Origin: Octopus bimaculoides
Lineage: Eukaryota
Direction: 5' to 3'
Length of the DNA stretch: 64,000 nucleotides
NCBI RefSeq assembly: GCF_001194135.2
Contig: NC_068994.1
Coordinates: 44,537,933 to 44,601,932 of the forward strand
Positions 34,698 through 48,733 of the stretch are shown here, piece after piece. A model generated the notes under the pieces. The model saw only the letters and a list, made by a program, of their open reading frames with translations, had not been told where the DNA came from and searched no databases. The position numbers and the translations under genes were made by a program. The first letter of the stretch is position 1; each line of letters begins with the position of its first letter.

Positions 34698-35468
34698 ATG
34701 TTGGTTTGTTTTTAAGATCCCGTAACTTAGTAGTTCAGCAAAAGAGATTAATGGAATATCATGTGCTCTTTAGAGATGGTGAGACCATTTCCATATTTGT
34801 TACTTAATTGACTCCTCACAGGGGATACACCTATTTTATCTTCTTGTCAAAGACTCTATTACTTGATCAAGATATATTCATGTAAACTAATTTTCATCTT
34901 CTTATCACTATAAAATAATTTTATTACCTGATCTGAATGTTTTTATGTAAACTATTTTTTTATTCATCACAGAGGATACACAAATCCTCAAGCCTTTTCT
35001 TATCATTGTCAAAGACAACTTGATTTGAATACGTTTTTGTAAACTAATTTTTGACACCACAGAGGATATACAAAACCTCATACTTTACTTTTGAATATCT
35101 TTTTAAATAATTGAAACCGGTTAAGTTAGTAAATACTTTTAAAAGACTTCTGCATTTTCAGATTCTTTTCCTTATATTTTTACTTGTGCAGTAACACCCA
35201 ACTTTACTTTATCATGTGTGTATGTGTGTGTATGCATGAGTGAATAAGCATGTATGTGTATGTAAATGTGTGTTTGTGTGTGTGTATATATATATATTTA
35301 TGTGTATGTTTGCATGTGTGAGTATATATGTGTGTACGTGCACGTGTACTGATGTATCTATGTAGATACTCTACTGACTGACTGCCTAGAAATACCAGTG
35401 AAATCTTAAATAAATTACACCTTGCTGCCTTAAAACAGAGATACATTAGAGAACATGGTTAGCTACAT

Positions 35469-35855
35469 TGTTGTTGGCACTCCGTCGCTTACGACGTCGA
35501 GGGTTCCAGTTGATCCAATCAACGGAACAGCCTGCTCGTGAAATTAACGTGCAAGTGACTGAGCACTCCACAGACACGTGTACCCTTAATGTAGTTCTCG
35601 GGGATATTCAGCGTGACACAGTGTGACAAGGCTGACCCTTTGAAAATACAGGCACAACAGAAACAGTAAGTAAGAGTGAGAGAAAGTTGTGGTGAAAGAG
35701 TACAGCAGGGTTCGGTACCAACCCCTGCCGGAGCCTCATGGAGCTTTAGGTGTTTTCGCTCAATAAACACTCACAACGCCCGGTCTGGGAATCGAAACTG
35801 CGATCCTACAACCGCTAGTCCACTGCCCTAACCACTGGGTCATTGCGCCTCCACA
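35469..35855 (-). mobile_element. SINE family A (long form), full length, 11-bp TSD
   Basis: gttagctacat at 35458-35468 and 35856-35866. Confidence 0.92.
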
Positions 35856-36046
35856 GTTAGCTACATACACAGAAGAAAAAAAACCAGATGGTCGCTGCTT
35901 GAATGTTTTCATAGGAAGTCTTCCTGATTAGAGATGAGATGGGTTAAACTATAACAATAATTTGAGCCAAAAAGAAATGCTACATGAGAAATTTTCAACC
36001 TTTCTTCTGTAATTAGCTCCTTCATTTTCCCCCTGTATTCACTTAA

Positions 36047-36269
36047 CCCATTAAGTCCCACTGTCCTATAAATAGAACACTAAATGAAAACATTAAATAA
36101 GCTGTATCACATTGTCTCAGTGTCCTATTTATAGGACACCGAGCATTTCCATTTCTACTTGAAGTAAAGGTGTTATAATAGTTATTTTTTTCATTTTAGC
36201 CTATTTTCAATCATCTGTAAAAATTTAAAAGTAATATTCAGAAATTTAAGTACTCTGGGACTTAATGGG
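36047..36269. mobile_element. piggyBac-type MITE (CCC…GGG, TTAA TSD)
   Basis: ttaa|cccattaagtccca … tgggacttaatggg|ttaa, perfect 14-bp TIR; internal 19-bp inverted repeat 36063-36081 / 36119-36137. Confidence 0.88.
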
Positions 36270-37077
36270 TTAATACAAGCAAAAATATGTAATAAATATG
36301 TAGTATAGTCCACAGTTTGATAGACACAGAGTACATCTGGAATCCTGGCTCTCCTGTTCGTTATGACAAGTGTTCCAGTTGATTCCATCAATGGAACAAC
36401 CTGCTCATGTAATTAATATGCAAATGGCTGACCACTTTTACAGACACACGTACCTTGACTAGTTTTCAAGGAGACTCAGTGTGACACAGAGTGTGACAAG
36501 GCTGGCCTTCTGAATTACAAGTACAACTCATTTTTGCCAGCTGAGTGGAGTGGAGCAATGTGTAATATAGTTTTTTACTCAAGGAAACAACACACCACCA
36601 AGAATCGAACACAGAACCTTACGATCCGTAACCACTAAGTCACGTGCCTAAGTCAACTAGGTAGAAACATGAGTTATCTGGAACAGCCAATCTGTTGATA
36701 ATACCAAGTTATTTGGACAACTACCTTACATGCTTAATCGGAGTTGACCAGGAGCTAAACAGAATTTAGCCAATGTTGGAATGGTATGGAAGAAAATATT
36801 CCCAGTTTTAAACAGCAACAGTTAAGAGGAAATTTAATCAACTGACGAAGAATTCTGTGCTGAGACAAACCTAACACATGTCAGCATGATGGAATAGCAG
36901 AAGTAAAAATTATGAGGACGATGATGATGATGATGACGCCGACGATGACGACGATGATGATGATTGTGAATGAGGAAAGAAATGATTTAGTAAAAATAAA
37001 AGTACTTTCAAAACGGTCAAGGATGGAACAATAATAAAGGCAGAAAATATGTTCGCAACATGCAATACAAACAGCGA

Positions 37078-37142
<65 letters not shown>

Positions 37143-38306
37143 ATAATGTGTGATGAGAAATGAAGCAGACTGACAGAGTATTAAAATTTAAGTTGTATCT
37201 GGTATTTTAGAGTAGATAACAGCTGGAAAAACCATGGATATAAAAGTAAACACAGTTTAAATAGCTTGCCAGGAATAGTAGATAAGCTATGTTATATGAA
37301 TAGCATGATGAGTGTTGGGAATGTAGTTAATAATATATGAATAGCTAAGGTCTATAAAACGAAGAAGAAATTTTAAAAACACCTGTAAATCGATGGACAG
37401 CTGAGTCAATAAGGTAGCAAAAAATCTAGTAAAGAGTTAACGGTTAAGTTATCAATAATTCTCTGTTATGTGCAGACACACGACTCTTAGTAGCAAATCC
37501 CATATAGCATTATATTGTAGATGTAACAAGGTGGTATAATTCATTGCTGTGAGCAGTCACTAAGTAATTAATAAGTATTTTGTAGATTGCTGTGCTGGAT
37601 TTAATTCATCTGATTAGAGAAGCTACTTATGAGATTAGTATTTGAGGAAATTTTTTCCAAGAGACTGAAGATAGGCACTATCTGTAAGGCTCCTTTTGCA
37701 CAGACAAAATAACATTGCTATCTTTTGAGTAATTTTCCATGCAGTTTCTATTATATTTCATATTTCTACTTTCTTCAAAGTTCTGACCAGCCAATTCTCT
37801 TAGCATTCCCATATAGTCCTAAATCCACCACCTGAGGATATTTGGGTATCTTTAATAGAGTCCACTCTATTGCAAGAATTCAGTCTGAGGAAGACTTCTT
37901 TCCTCTCTCCCACCAGCTACAGAAGCCCTAAAAAGGGTCATGTACTCTTCTTCAGATTAAGTCATTAAAAAAAAAAATTCTTAGACATATGAATGTCTCA
38001 TAAGTGAGTTGGAACTCAGAACCTGTATTTCCAGTACTTCTACAGCTGTGTGGAATAGTGGTTTGAATACTCTGACAATTACAAAATTTGCAAACTCCTG
38101 AAAATGTGGGATAAAAATGTCTTGCAATTTCTGTTCTAGCTCCCTGTGGTCTGTATTCAAATCCTAACAAGGTCAGCTTCACCGGTCATCCTTTAGGGGT
38201 CAAAAAAATAAAGTACCAGTCAAATGGATAACTGAAATTGTTAAAGCATTAGACAGAAATGTCTTACAGTATTTTTACAGCTCTTTGCATTCTTAGTTCT
38301 TGGGCA

Positions 38307-38683
38307 GTGGAGGCGCAATGGCCCAGTGGTTAGGGCAGCAGACTCGCGGTCATAGGATCGCGGTTTCGATTCTCAGACCGGGCGTTGTGAGTGTTTATTG
38401 AGCGAAAACACCTAAAGCTCCACGAGGTTCCGGCAGGGAATGGTGGCAAACCCTGCTGTACTCTTCCACCACAACTTTCTCTCCCTCTTACTTCCTGTTT
38501 CTGTTGTGCCTGTATTTCAAAGGGTCAGCCTTGTCACACTGAACATCCCTGAGAACTACGTTAAGGGTACATGTGTCTGTGGAGTGCTCAGCCACTTGCA
38601 TGTTAATTTCACGAGCAAGCTGTTCCGTTGATCGGATCAACTGGAACCCTCGATGTTGTAAGCGATGGAGTGCCAACAACAAC
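38307..38683 (+). mobile_element. SINE family A (long form), full length, 8-9-bp TSD
   Basis: cttgggcag at 38299-38307 and 38683-38691; (AAC)n tail. Confidence 0.92.
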
Positions 38684-38739
38684 TTGGGCAGCAGACTTAA
38701 CCAGTTGACTAGTTTAACTCCCTCACCTGGTCCTTAAGT

Positions 38740-38870
38740 GCTTTTGACGGGATTCACTCTCTTGTACACATTCAGATACCATCTACAGTCTGAGGATAAC
38801 TGCCTCCCTCTTCTTCCATCAGGAGTGGAGATCCTGAAGAATTAAAGAGTGATGAGCAATGCCCTTCCCT
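38740..38870 (+). mobile_element. decayed L2-type LINE 3' fragment
   Basis: cttcttccatcaggagtggagatcctgaagaattaaa resembles the LLPSGRRYRSIK motif of L2 ORF2 ends. Confidence 0.35.
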
Positions 38871-39549
38871 CCCAGACTAAATGATTTTAAAAAGACATGA
38901 AATAAACATAGACTAACTACAAAAACATGCAAATTCCTCCTACATCAAAAGAGGAGATTTCAAGGTCAGTGCTTATATCTAGTCGGTATCATGTTTAAAG
39001 TAGAGATGAGAATGAAATCTCCTTGGAAGCTGCAATGTTCAACGATGTATTTCCAATAACATTCCATGATGATATGGTAGCTATTCTGGGCAGCTAGATA
39101 AACTAAGGAAATCTGTAATAAAAAGATTCTGCTCAGAAATAGCAAAATGTGATGGTGGTAAGCAAGCGTCACTGTGATACAACTGATGTTTGTTTCCACT
39201 CATTCATGGAAAATATTACCTTGCTTAGAAAATGGGGAGGGTTGGCAACAGGAAGGGCATCCAGTCACAGAAAATCTGCCTCTAAAATTCTGTCTGACCC
39301 ATATAAATATGGGCATTAAAATTATATATATATATATCAATTAGAAAATGGAGGATGATGGATAATTGAAATTGTTAAAGCATTAGACAGAAATGTCTTT
39401 CAAATTTGGGGTAACCCCCCCCCCCTTACCCGCTCCCATTTATTGCACTTGGTATAACACTAGGGTAGCAATAATTGGGTACCCTCCCAGCAGTATATTG
39501 GATAGACACTATTCCTTAGTGGGTTGAACCCTCAACCCCTAACTCTCTC

Positions 39550-39620
<71 letters not shown>

Positions 39621-40169
39621 ATCAAGGGATATATACTGAGTGTGCTAGATGAGCACTGCCCAGCCATCAAAGATGGTAAATTCATAAATTCTCACTCAAC
39701 AATATAATCATAGATCAAAATGTGAAAGTAATATTTTCCATCCACAATTTTGAGATATTGTGGCAGTTGTTCTGGTGACAGGACTAGCTGTCAAGAATGC
39801 AGTGTAATTCAGGGCATGGCACTAAGTGGATGGTACAATAATGAGAGTATGACCAAAATAAGGACCAATATGTGAACAAACATTCCACAAGCACACATCC
39901 AGTGTTTGTTTTCAAGGTGAGAAGTTTTATGTATAAAATGGTTGAAAATTAACTGAAACTTTTCTTCTTGATAATTTCTGTTCTTGCACTATCAGCACGT
40001 AATATGGTGTAATTTCTTGAAAACTCTAAAAATACACACTCAATAGCAAAGATTAAATCAAAATCTTGGGTCGTTGGCATTATTTTAAAATTTATGCATA
40101 AAGTGAAATTAATCTCTAAATTTGCAATTCATACAAATTATAGAATATGCGTGACAATTCATATTACAT

Positions 40170-40290
40170 ATTCAAACTCCGCCGAGGTCGACTTTACTTT
40201 TCATCCTTTCGGGGTCGATAAATTAAGTACCAGTTGCGTACTGGGGTCGATCTAATCGCTTAGCCCCCTCCCCAAAAATTTCGGGTTTTG
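40170..40290 (+). mobile_element. SINE family C, 3' part
   Basis: ttcaaactccgccgaggtcgactttacttttcatcctttcggggtcgataaattaagtaccagttgcgtactggggtcgat. Confidence 0.85.
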
Positions 40291-43200
40291 TGCCTAGAGT
40301 AGAAAAGAAATTCATATCATTAAGCGATCTGTATTACGCATAGAAAGAACCCAAAGTTTGTAGGCTTATTTTTGAGTAATAATAATAGGTTCAGCAAGTA
40401 ACACAGTGCATGCACGCCAGAACAAACAAAAAAGCACCTACGCATACGTGTAAAGTGATATGTCGAGCTGCGTCTGATAACTTGGCCGCTCGACAAATAG
40501 AGATCAAAAGAATAAGTACTAGATTGAAATAAAGTCTACAGTCGAAACGATCAACAAAAACTCGTGAAGGCAGTGTCCCAGTATGGCCACAGTCCAGTGC
40601 CTGAAACTAGTAATAGGGATAAAAACGAAACTTCAGCCAAGCAATGAAACGAATTTCTCTGTTAATTTAATAAAAATATTGAATATTAAAATTTAATAGA
40701 AGCAACGTGTATATTAATTATTGAACAAGAAAAATTGATAAACAAAATGTTCAATGAAATTCCTGACGTTAATTGGTAAGTGAAATTATCCAGTTGTATT
40801 TATTTATTTACAAGGCATTAAAAAATGGGATCTTGTTCAAAACGGGGGCACCAGTTTTCATTAATGTTTTATGTAGTGTTTTTGGTACCGAAAGACTTTC
40901 AAATTTCGTATACTTATCTATTTTGTGTTATAGAACAGAAAAAAAATGTTTGTATTCGAATTTATTTCATATCCAAAAAATGAACTACTACTATTTAAAT
41001 GACTAAATACGAGCCAAACACAGAGCCTCTATGAAGTTGTTATATTTACTAGAAATAGCAGCCAAATCCCTCCCCAAAATATTCCCAGATGTTTTAAAAC
41101 ATTTTCTACTACAGGTACAAGGCCAGAAATTTGGGGGTAGGTGGATAGTCGGTTACATCGACCCCAGTGCTCAACTGGTACTTATTTTATCGAGGGGGTG
41201 GTCATCACTGGAATGCCTTTGATCTTAGGTCTATTTGATCAAGGGATGAATTGATGCTAAATAACTAGCATTAGTGAGATTTTAGTTTCATAAGGATTCG
41301 ATAGTTATTCACCTACGATATAGATGTAACTGACATCTTTCTTTTCAAGTATTAAAGTTTATTATTACAATTCGGACACCATGATTATGACAATAATATT
41401 GCTTGTCTAAAAATTGAGAGGGAGAAACAGTCTATCAGGTGAAAATAAAATAAAAACTGCTTAAATCATAAAAGAATAATTAATGTAAAGCTTCATTCTT
41501 TTGTAATTAAGCTGTTCTTTCACCTCATCTAAATTACATATTATGCGATTTTTTTTTTTAATCAAATAACTGGTAACTTATATTCAATTTATACGCAATA
41601 CAGACAGAAAAATATGGTTTACTACAAAAGTTATGTTCAAAGGAATATAAAGAAGTAGAAGAGTTCGGAATGTTTTAATAGGGATAAATATTATCTTTAG
41701 TCCGCAAAGTGGGGAAAAGCTGTTGCATTTAAATGCGTATTTTATTTTTTAATTTGCTTCTTTTAAAAAAAATTATTTTTAATACTTATATAATAAGTGA
41801 TACAGCCATTTATTTTATCACATCACGTATCACTTAAGAAAGCAACATTTGAAATTTTAAATCGAAACATCAGAAAATAAATAAAAAAAAAAGACAAGAA
41901 GCCAATGTAATACATAAGCAAGAAAAAAAAACAACTGGTCAGAAATTGCATAAGAATTAACATAAAAAAAAATTTTCGTAGAATTTGCGTATCAAAAATA
42001 TATGAAATGTACAACCTGGATATCGATATCAAAGCAGACACATGAAATATCTGTATCAATTAACAATAAATTACATTTTATCTTTATAATATTTTAAATA
42101 AGATGCTTAGTCGCGGCTACAAAATGTCGACAGGGGCTGATTTCCAGATATTTTTCTCCTCACGCCTTTTTTATTTTATTTTTTATACATATCCAAGGAG
42201 CGTTACGAAATTTTTTTTTCATCGTTAGCAAGTAGCAAGAACAATTAAGTCGGTGCGACCGGTGTAAATGTCCAATTTTAGTAAATACCATTAGGTTTTC
42301 CTTAGAATTGGTTTCTAACTAAAACAAGTAATCGTTAAGATCTTCTAATTGTTATTAAAAACGTCAGGATCTTTTTAGAAACGTTTGATGTTTGATAAAA
42401 AAAATATATTCGAGTATATTTTGGCAGATTTTCGACTGGAAACACAACCAATTCTATGGTGCTTTATAATTGTCTCCCTTCATCTCTATTTTCTCAGTTG
42501 ACATGTATCCTCCCCTTTTCTTAACTTGTCTTTCTTCACCCCTCCTACTCCTATGACCGCTTGATCCTTAATTGAAGTTCCAACTTATAAGTAAGGTAAG
42601 TGCAGCAACAGATAAACTCTAAAATACACCACCTGTTGCTTAATTACATGAATCACTTTCAAAAATTAGTAAAATTTATTTATTTCTATTAGCAATTATT
42701 TTCTTTCTTTAATAGCCTTTTATTATTATTATTATAAATCACACATGAAATATTCTTTTCCTTCCATTCCCGTTTAATACTAGTTTCTAGTTTTACTTTG
42801 ATAACGATTAATGATAATTATGTCATCGTCGAAAATGTGTCAGGTTGATCCGATCTGCGATGGCCTGTGACATGAAAGCATCCATCTCGCTCGCACCAAT
42901 ACCAAACTCACTCTTACTACTTCGAGTAAGAACTATCAAATTCGCTGTCAAACAGGCAAATTGTGATTAAGTCGACCGAAATATCAATAGTATTCATTTT
43001 TAAAATTTAATCTAAGAAAATTTATTTGCTTTAAATATTTTTTTTTTTAATTTTTAGAGAAAGAAAATATTTCCCCAGAAAAAATATTAAAAATTGTTTA
43101 AATTTAAAGAGAAAAATTTATATTTAAAAAGTTTCTCTTTACAATCATAAATAATGTGCTAGAATTAAATTGAAATTTTTTTTTAATATCTAACTTGTCA

Positions 43201-44229
43201 TCTTTTGATATTTGATACTTACTTTCTTATTTCACAAAAGTAATATCTGTCTTGTATTAAAAGTTTTCTTTCTAAACCGGGAAATAAGAAATCAGCGATT
43301 GTCATGGTTATGAAAAAAAAAAATGAAATAAAAAGTTTAAAATTTCTTTATTTTGTTTTTAATTTGCTTTCTGGTTATCCTTGATTACAAATCTAACGAA
43401 GTAAAGTTACTAACTACTTAAATATCAAAATTTATTTGTAAATATTGTAACATTCAGCTTCTACCTATTTCTTTCATAACATCCTCCTTTTAAATTAATT
43501 AAAATAATAAGCAGCACACACCTTCTATTTATCTGTATTCGTTTATTTGAATTTTTTTTCTAAATCACTTTTCATTTATTTTGCTTATAGATTATATTAG
43601 TAAATCCAATATGCCTCTACGGGCCATATTCAAAAGCTGTTGTATTTTTGTGAGAAACCTGTGTAAGGTTTAATAATTTTATACTTCTCGATAGAACCTA
43701 GTTTAACATTGTTGCGTCTTATAAAATGTTCTGGTTTACTGTCGTATTACATAATAATATCAGTGCGGGATCCAAACCTCATTTGTCACATTACCTTCCA
43801 CTGGTTGTAACATCAATGTAGTCCCTTGGTAGATATTTTGCGAAGTGACCATTCACTTCTCTTCAATTACCCTCAGAAGTTAAAGATTCTTTACTAGTAG
43901 TAACTATTATCATTTTTTTGTGTAATACTACTTTTTATTAACTATATCTATATTAGTCACCAACCACTTACGGTCGGTTTAAAAGGATGCAGTGTTCAAT
44001 TAACATCCGATATTAGTGCAACAACTTTCTCTACAAGTGATTAAAATCTGAAACGAAAACATGAAGCAAGGCAGATAATTCCAATAACAGCCAAGCGGAA
44101 TGTTTTAGTGGCTAAAGATGATGATATTAGAGTGGATCTTGTCTTTAAAGGTTATTAATCTCATTGTGAGATCGTACCGTATGTGTATATTTTTCTTTAA
44201 CGTGGAACGCTCCGCAGATATTTCCCTTC

Positions 44230-44535
44230 GGCCATATTGTTGAGGTTCATAACCAGTATCATTATATGGGAGGTCACAGCTTCGGAACTACGGGCATGTG
44301 ATTAGAATGTCTCGGGAAACAGTCGCCATCCGGATTCTTCAAACCGAGCCAGCCGGCTGAAGACCTACTGGTAGACCAAGAATGAGACGGTTGGATAGTA
44401 TCCATAGCTTCAGTTGGTCGCGTTTGGAAATCCGGCCGGAAAGAGTAATGACAGTTGCTTCTGATTAGGACCGTATGGGGAGGTGATTCAGTTCTCTATC
44501 CCACGAGCCTCCCAAGGATATTGGGCGTTGAAGAT
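44230..44535 (+). mobile_element. RTE-clade LINE 3' end followed by (TG)n
   Basis: SQLRNYGHVIRMSRETVAIRILQTEPAG*RPTGRPRMRRLDSI…WSRLEIRPE, a decayed 'QLRW.GHV.RM…G.RP.GRPR.RW.D' terminus. Confidence 0.75.
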
Positions 44536-46289
44536 GTGTGTGTGTGTGTGTGTGTGCACTAACCGTTTGTGCCAACTGAGTACAAGGTATTTCGCTGAAG
44601 TCTAATAAGATCGAAACATATCCGTTACTCTTTACCATTCAGCTTTTAAAGACAAGATCCATTTTCATCTAATTTGTCTTTGTTTTGGTTGATATTATTA
44701 AAGTTATTTCCCTTATATGTGTGTGTGTGTGTAATATTTTAAACACTCTTAAGGGCAGTTTTTCCCTACCAATTTCAGGGATAGTTTCAGTTCACCGGAA
44801 TTTTCCAGTTCACTTTTACATGGGACCCTACTGTATCTCTAAAGTTACATTGCCCATAGAGCCGGGTTAAAGTCAGCTGGTACACCAAGCACAGCTCGAC
44901 AAGGTACTCCTTCGACCCTTCCTTTGACAAGACATTGACATAGGAACTGAATATGTAATTCACTTTTCTTTCAGACCAAATTCTACAATTATATTATAAT
45001 TAACCTGTTTTATTGTTTATTTCTAAAATTTTATTTATAATTTGCAAAAATATATAAATAAAAGTATATGCATGCAGTGAACGTAGATAGCTTACTTAGT
45101 CGGAATAAGCTCCACATTTTCATCGTTCTAGTGTGGAGGTGATGTTTGTGTGAGAATGCAATGTCGATTTGGCAAGCACCCCGATTCTGGTGGCCCTAGT
45201 GGAATAGATCTAATTATAAAACGTGCATTAGCCAAAGTAAATTTCCTCTCAATTCTGGAACCAATAGATAGGTGCCTCACATGGGACCCCACTATTACAT
45301 ATTCTTTCGCTCCATCATACACCTTAAATGCTGCGTTAGAGCTGAGACTGAACGGAACAAGACCCTGAAATACTGTAATTTGTAGGTAAATTATATTTCT
45401 CAACCTATAGTGTTCGAAATGTTGTCTTTGTTAACGTCTCATCTTACTAAACAACCATGTGATCCTCGTAGGGGCGCATAGGTGTTTCAGCACCTAGGGG
45501 TGGATCGTGGAGATATATTCTGAAGTTTAAGGGTTGCCTTACAATTTTTTTCAAGAGAAATACTAGTATATCTATCCTCGTTTATCACGAGAAAAGGCTT
45601 CGTTCTGAAAACACAGTAAGTTAATCATCTTCACGCACTTTGTTAACGGAACGAATAGTAGATTTGTTAACACCAAATCGCGGCCCACAGCAGCAAAGCT
45701 TCCACCGTCACAAAATGTTCTTGATCACCTCTACATTTTCCTGTAGAGGATACACTCGTCTGCATTGTTTGTTAGCATCAGGCACCTTCGTATTCATTCT
45801 GTTCACCGATCCTATGTTGATGGGTACGAGTACACAAATCTGTATTTTTTTTTTTTTTAAAGCACAAAAAAATAACTTCACAGCACAGTCGTGTAAACAC
45901 AAAGGATAATCAGTGCATTTTAGTTAGCTGAGCATTGTGAGCGGTCGTTTGGGCGCCGTTTTGCGGTACAAGCGGAAAATTGAACTGATCGCCGACCTGT
46001 GTTATCATTATCAATCTATGACAAGCGTAACATGGTTCTCAATTGAGCGTATAATGAGACTTAATGTATTCCCTATTTTAGTGTGTCAATAAGAAAATAT
46101 GTTTGTATTTGACACATGTGTATTGTTATTTATTTAACACCAAATAGCAGTGAGCGGTATAAGCAAATTATTTACAACTAAGACGGCAAAAAGCAATTCA
46201 AACTTTCAACACTTTTTCATTCGGAATTTTTTAATCACGATAAAATCTAATTTGCACCATGATAAATCTGGCACTGGAAAAAAATGTGA

Positions 46290-46670
46290 TAGGTGTGTTT
46301 GTGTGCTAAGAAGTTTGCTTCCCAACCATACAGACCAAGGGTCAGTCCCACTGCGAGGCATCTTGGGCAAGTGTCTTCTGCTATAATCCCGGGACAACCA
46401 AAGCCTTGTGGGTGGATTTGATAGGCGGAAACTGAAAGAAGCCTGTCGTGTGTATGCCTATATTTGTCCTTACTCCGATATCGCTTGACAATGGGTGCTG
46501 GTTTGTTTACGTCCCAGTTACTTAGCAGTTCGGCAAAAGAGAGACCGACAATAAGTACAAGGATTTTTTTTTTTTTTTTGTTCTAAATGAGTACTGGTGT
46601 CGATTCGTTCAACTAAAACCCTCCAAAGCGGTGGCCTCATGGGTCTAATTACTGAAACAAGTAAACGGTA
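46290..46670 (+). mobile_element. SINE family B copy (older)
   Basis: Collinear with 7186-7625. Further copies at 49105-49330(-), 51460-51800(+), 57775-57900(-) and 61195-61325(-). Confidence 0.8.
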
Positions 46671-46939
46671 AAAGATACCCGCCTTTTTTTGTTGGTGTCT
46701 TAAGCACTTGCTGCTGTTTAATCGCTCATCTGGCTCTGATTACCCATATCAAAAGTTTCCAACTAGAGTTGGAAAAATGTCAGACTGTATTAAAAAAAGA
46801 TTTACAAAATAGCAGGCTGAAGAGAGAGTAAGAAAATGCACTCAGGGTACAGTAGAGTTTGTTTTGAGACTAACATATTCTCTGTTGAACTAAACTAAGA
46901 ATATCTTACTACTTATTTGTACTAGCAGCTGTAGTCACC

Positions 46940-47340
46940 CGGGATGAGTTGAGCCGGCTCCTACCAACGTGTTCACCACGTCCCTCACGAATGCTGATCA
47001 CATCCAACAGACAAATGTTTTACTGGGAGAGCAAGCGCGAACGTCGTAGCCGTATTTGTCATTTGCTGTTGAGGTGTAGAGTTCATGTTCGGAATTTCAG
47101 TGGGAATACACGTTCACATGGTGTCCCTGGTCACATGCATACACACTTTGAGATAGTGTGATCCGTAGCAGCTCATCTTGCTGTCGATTTTTGACCGTCG
47201 CAGAGGATTCGCTGACCAAGTCACTGCCAATTATCGGAGCAGATGTAGCCTGGATTTGCAGCGAGTTCTAGAGACATGCTTTAACAAAAGCTAAGGAGTG
47301 CCTCACTCCCAGTGGTCTCTCAGCACGCCGGACACCAACC
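46940..47340 (+). mobile_element. possible very old Tc1-like transposase N-terminal relic
   Basis: Frame-hopping scraps GRASANVVAVF..CC, VAAHL.VDF, GLSARRTP loosely recall the Tc1 HTH ('AG.S…VA…C', 'HLRDRF', 'GL.ARRP'); CpG-rich relative to flanks. Confidence 0.3.
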
Positions 47341-48733
47341 CGGAATTTCTGAGGGCCTGTGATATTGCTAGATAGTCGTTGAACCTACATTAGGTTCATC
47401 CGTCCAAGAATATCGCGTAACTTGAGCATTGAGCGATAAGGATGAAGAGGTCACAAAAGCACGTTTTCAAATCAGTGAACGTTGGAATCTTAGTAATTAA
47501 CCTTTCGATAATCATGTATATTTTCCAATTTGATCGGCTTTCCCTCGAAAGGAGCTTTTACGTGATCGCTTGACCTGCTAGAAATAGCAGCCAAACATCC
47601 CTCTGATTGTATATTACTGTCTTAAATAGTGGATCTTGTAGCCCTAGAAAGACAGTGGTCTACGGCTGGATTAGCTCTTGGTCGTAGGTGTCTGCTCAAT
47701 CAGAGATAACTACTCCTACACCATCTAATGGGGTGGCCGCTACACTAAACATAAGCAGCCCTTCTTTTGTTTTTTTTTTGTGAAGCGGGCCGCATGTGAT
47801 ATGGTTCATCACCAGGAGGGCCGCACTACTAACAAATTTTATGGAAACTTTTCGTTTACGTGTTCCATTCAGAGATTCTCGCAGTTTGTCCATGACTGCT
47901 CTACACAATCACTCGATTACTAGAAATAGCATCCAAATTTCGCTCAAACGATATTGTACCGCTTTGGAAAATTACACTGGATAATGTAATCTATAATACA
48001 TTCATTACTGACTAAAAAAAATCGATGGGATGGTCATAGCCTGAACAACTTTTGATGACAGGAATATTGATTCAGAGTTGACCTGGGAATAAACAACGAT
48101 TTTACTGTGTCACTGAAGGAAAATAACCCCAAGGTAACATTTTGCATGCTAATTACAAATGTAGTAGGATCTCACAAGCTTCGATCAGTTGAGATTATCC
48201 GATGAAATTTAATAGATAAAATCTGTCCAAAAATGTTTAAAATTTTTAAACAATAATCAGGGGAGATAACTCCCAATATTATCAGTTGGTAAAAAATTTG
48301 GGTAAGTTACAGTCGACCAGTGCGCTACGGGGTTTTTTTTGGGGGGGGGGGTGTTTTTAATATATAATTAAAGGCTATACTGATGTTTGAAGGTGTTGAA
48401 AAATGTATTATACTTAATTTTGTGATACGAAAATATTTAATTTTTCTATATTTGATTTTTTCTAAATTTTTAACTTCAAAACATCTTCCAACGGAAACTA
48501 CAGAAATATATATATATATATATTTTAATTGTTAATTAGCGTACCACGGAAAACAGAAAAGAAAAATGTTTAAGAACCACTGATATAAAATGCAGATTGG
48601 AATGAATCTGATCATTAGAGTCAACTAGTGGAAGTGATGGACATATTTTAATCGTGTTAGACCTCGTCAGCGAAGTACGTTTTATTCAGTCAGCAATACT
48701 TAGAGTGGTCTTTATTATATCTGTGTGTGTGTG

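Noticed and set aside
38307-38380. tRNA gene calls for SINE heads (also 28121, 34451-34510, 53575, 59120)
   Set aside because: A/B boxes are present but there is no complete acceptor stem or downstream oligo-T, and they run into SINE bodies with TSDs.
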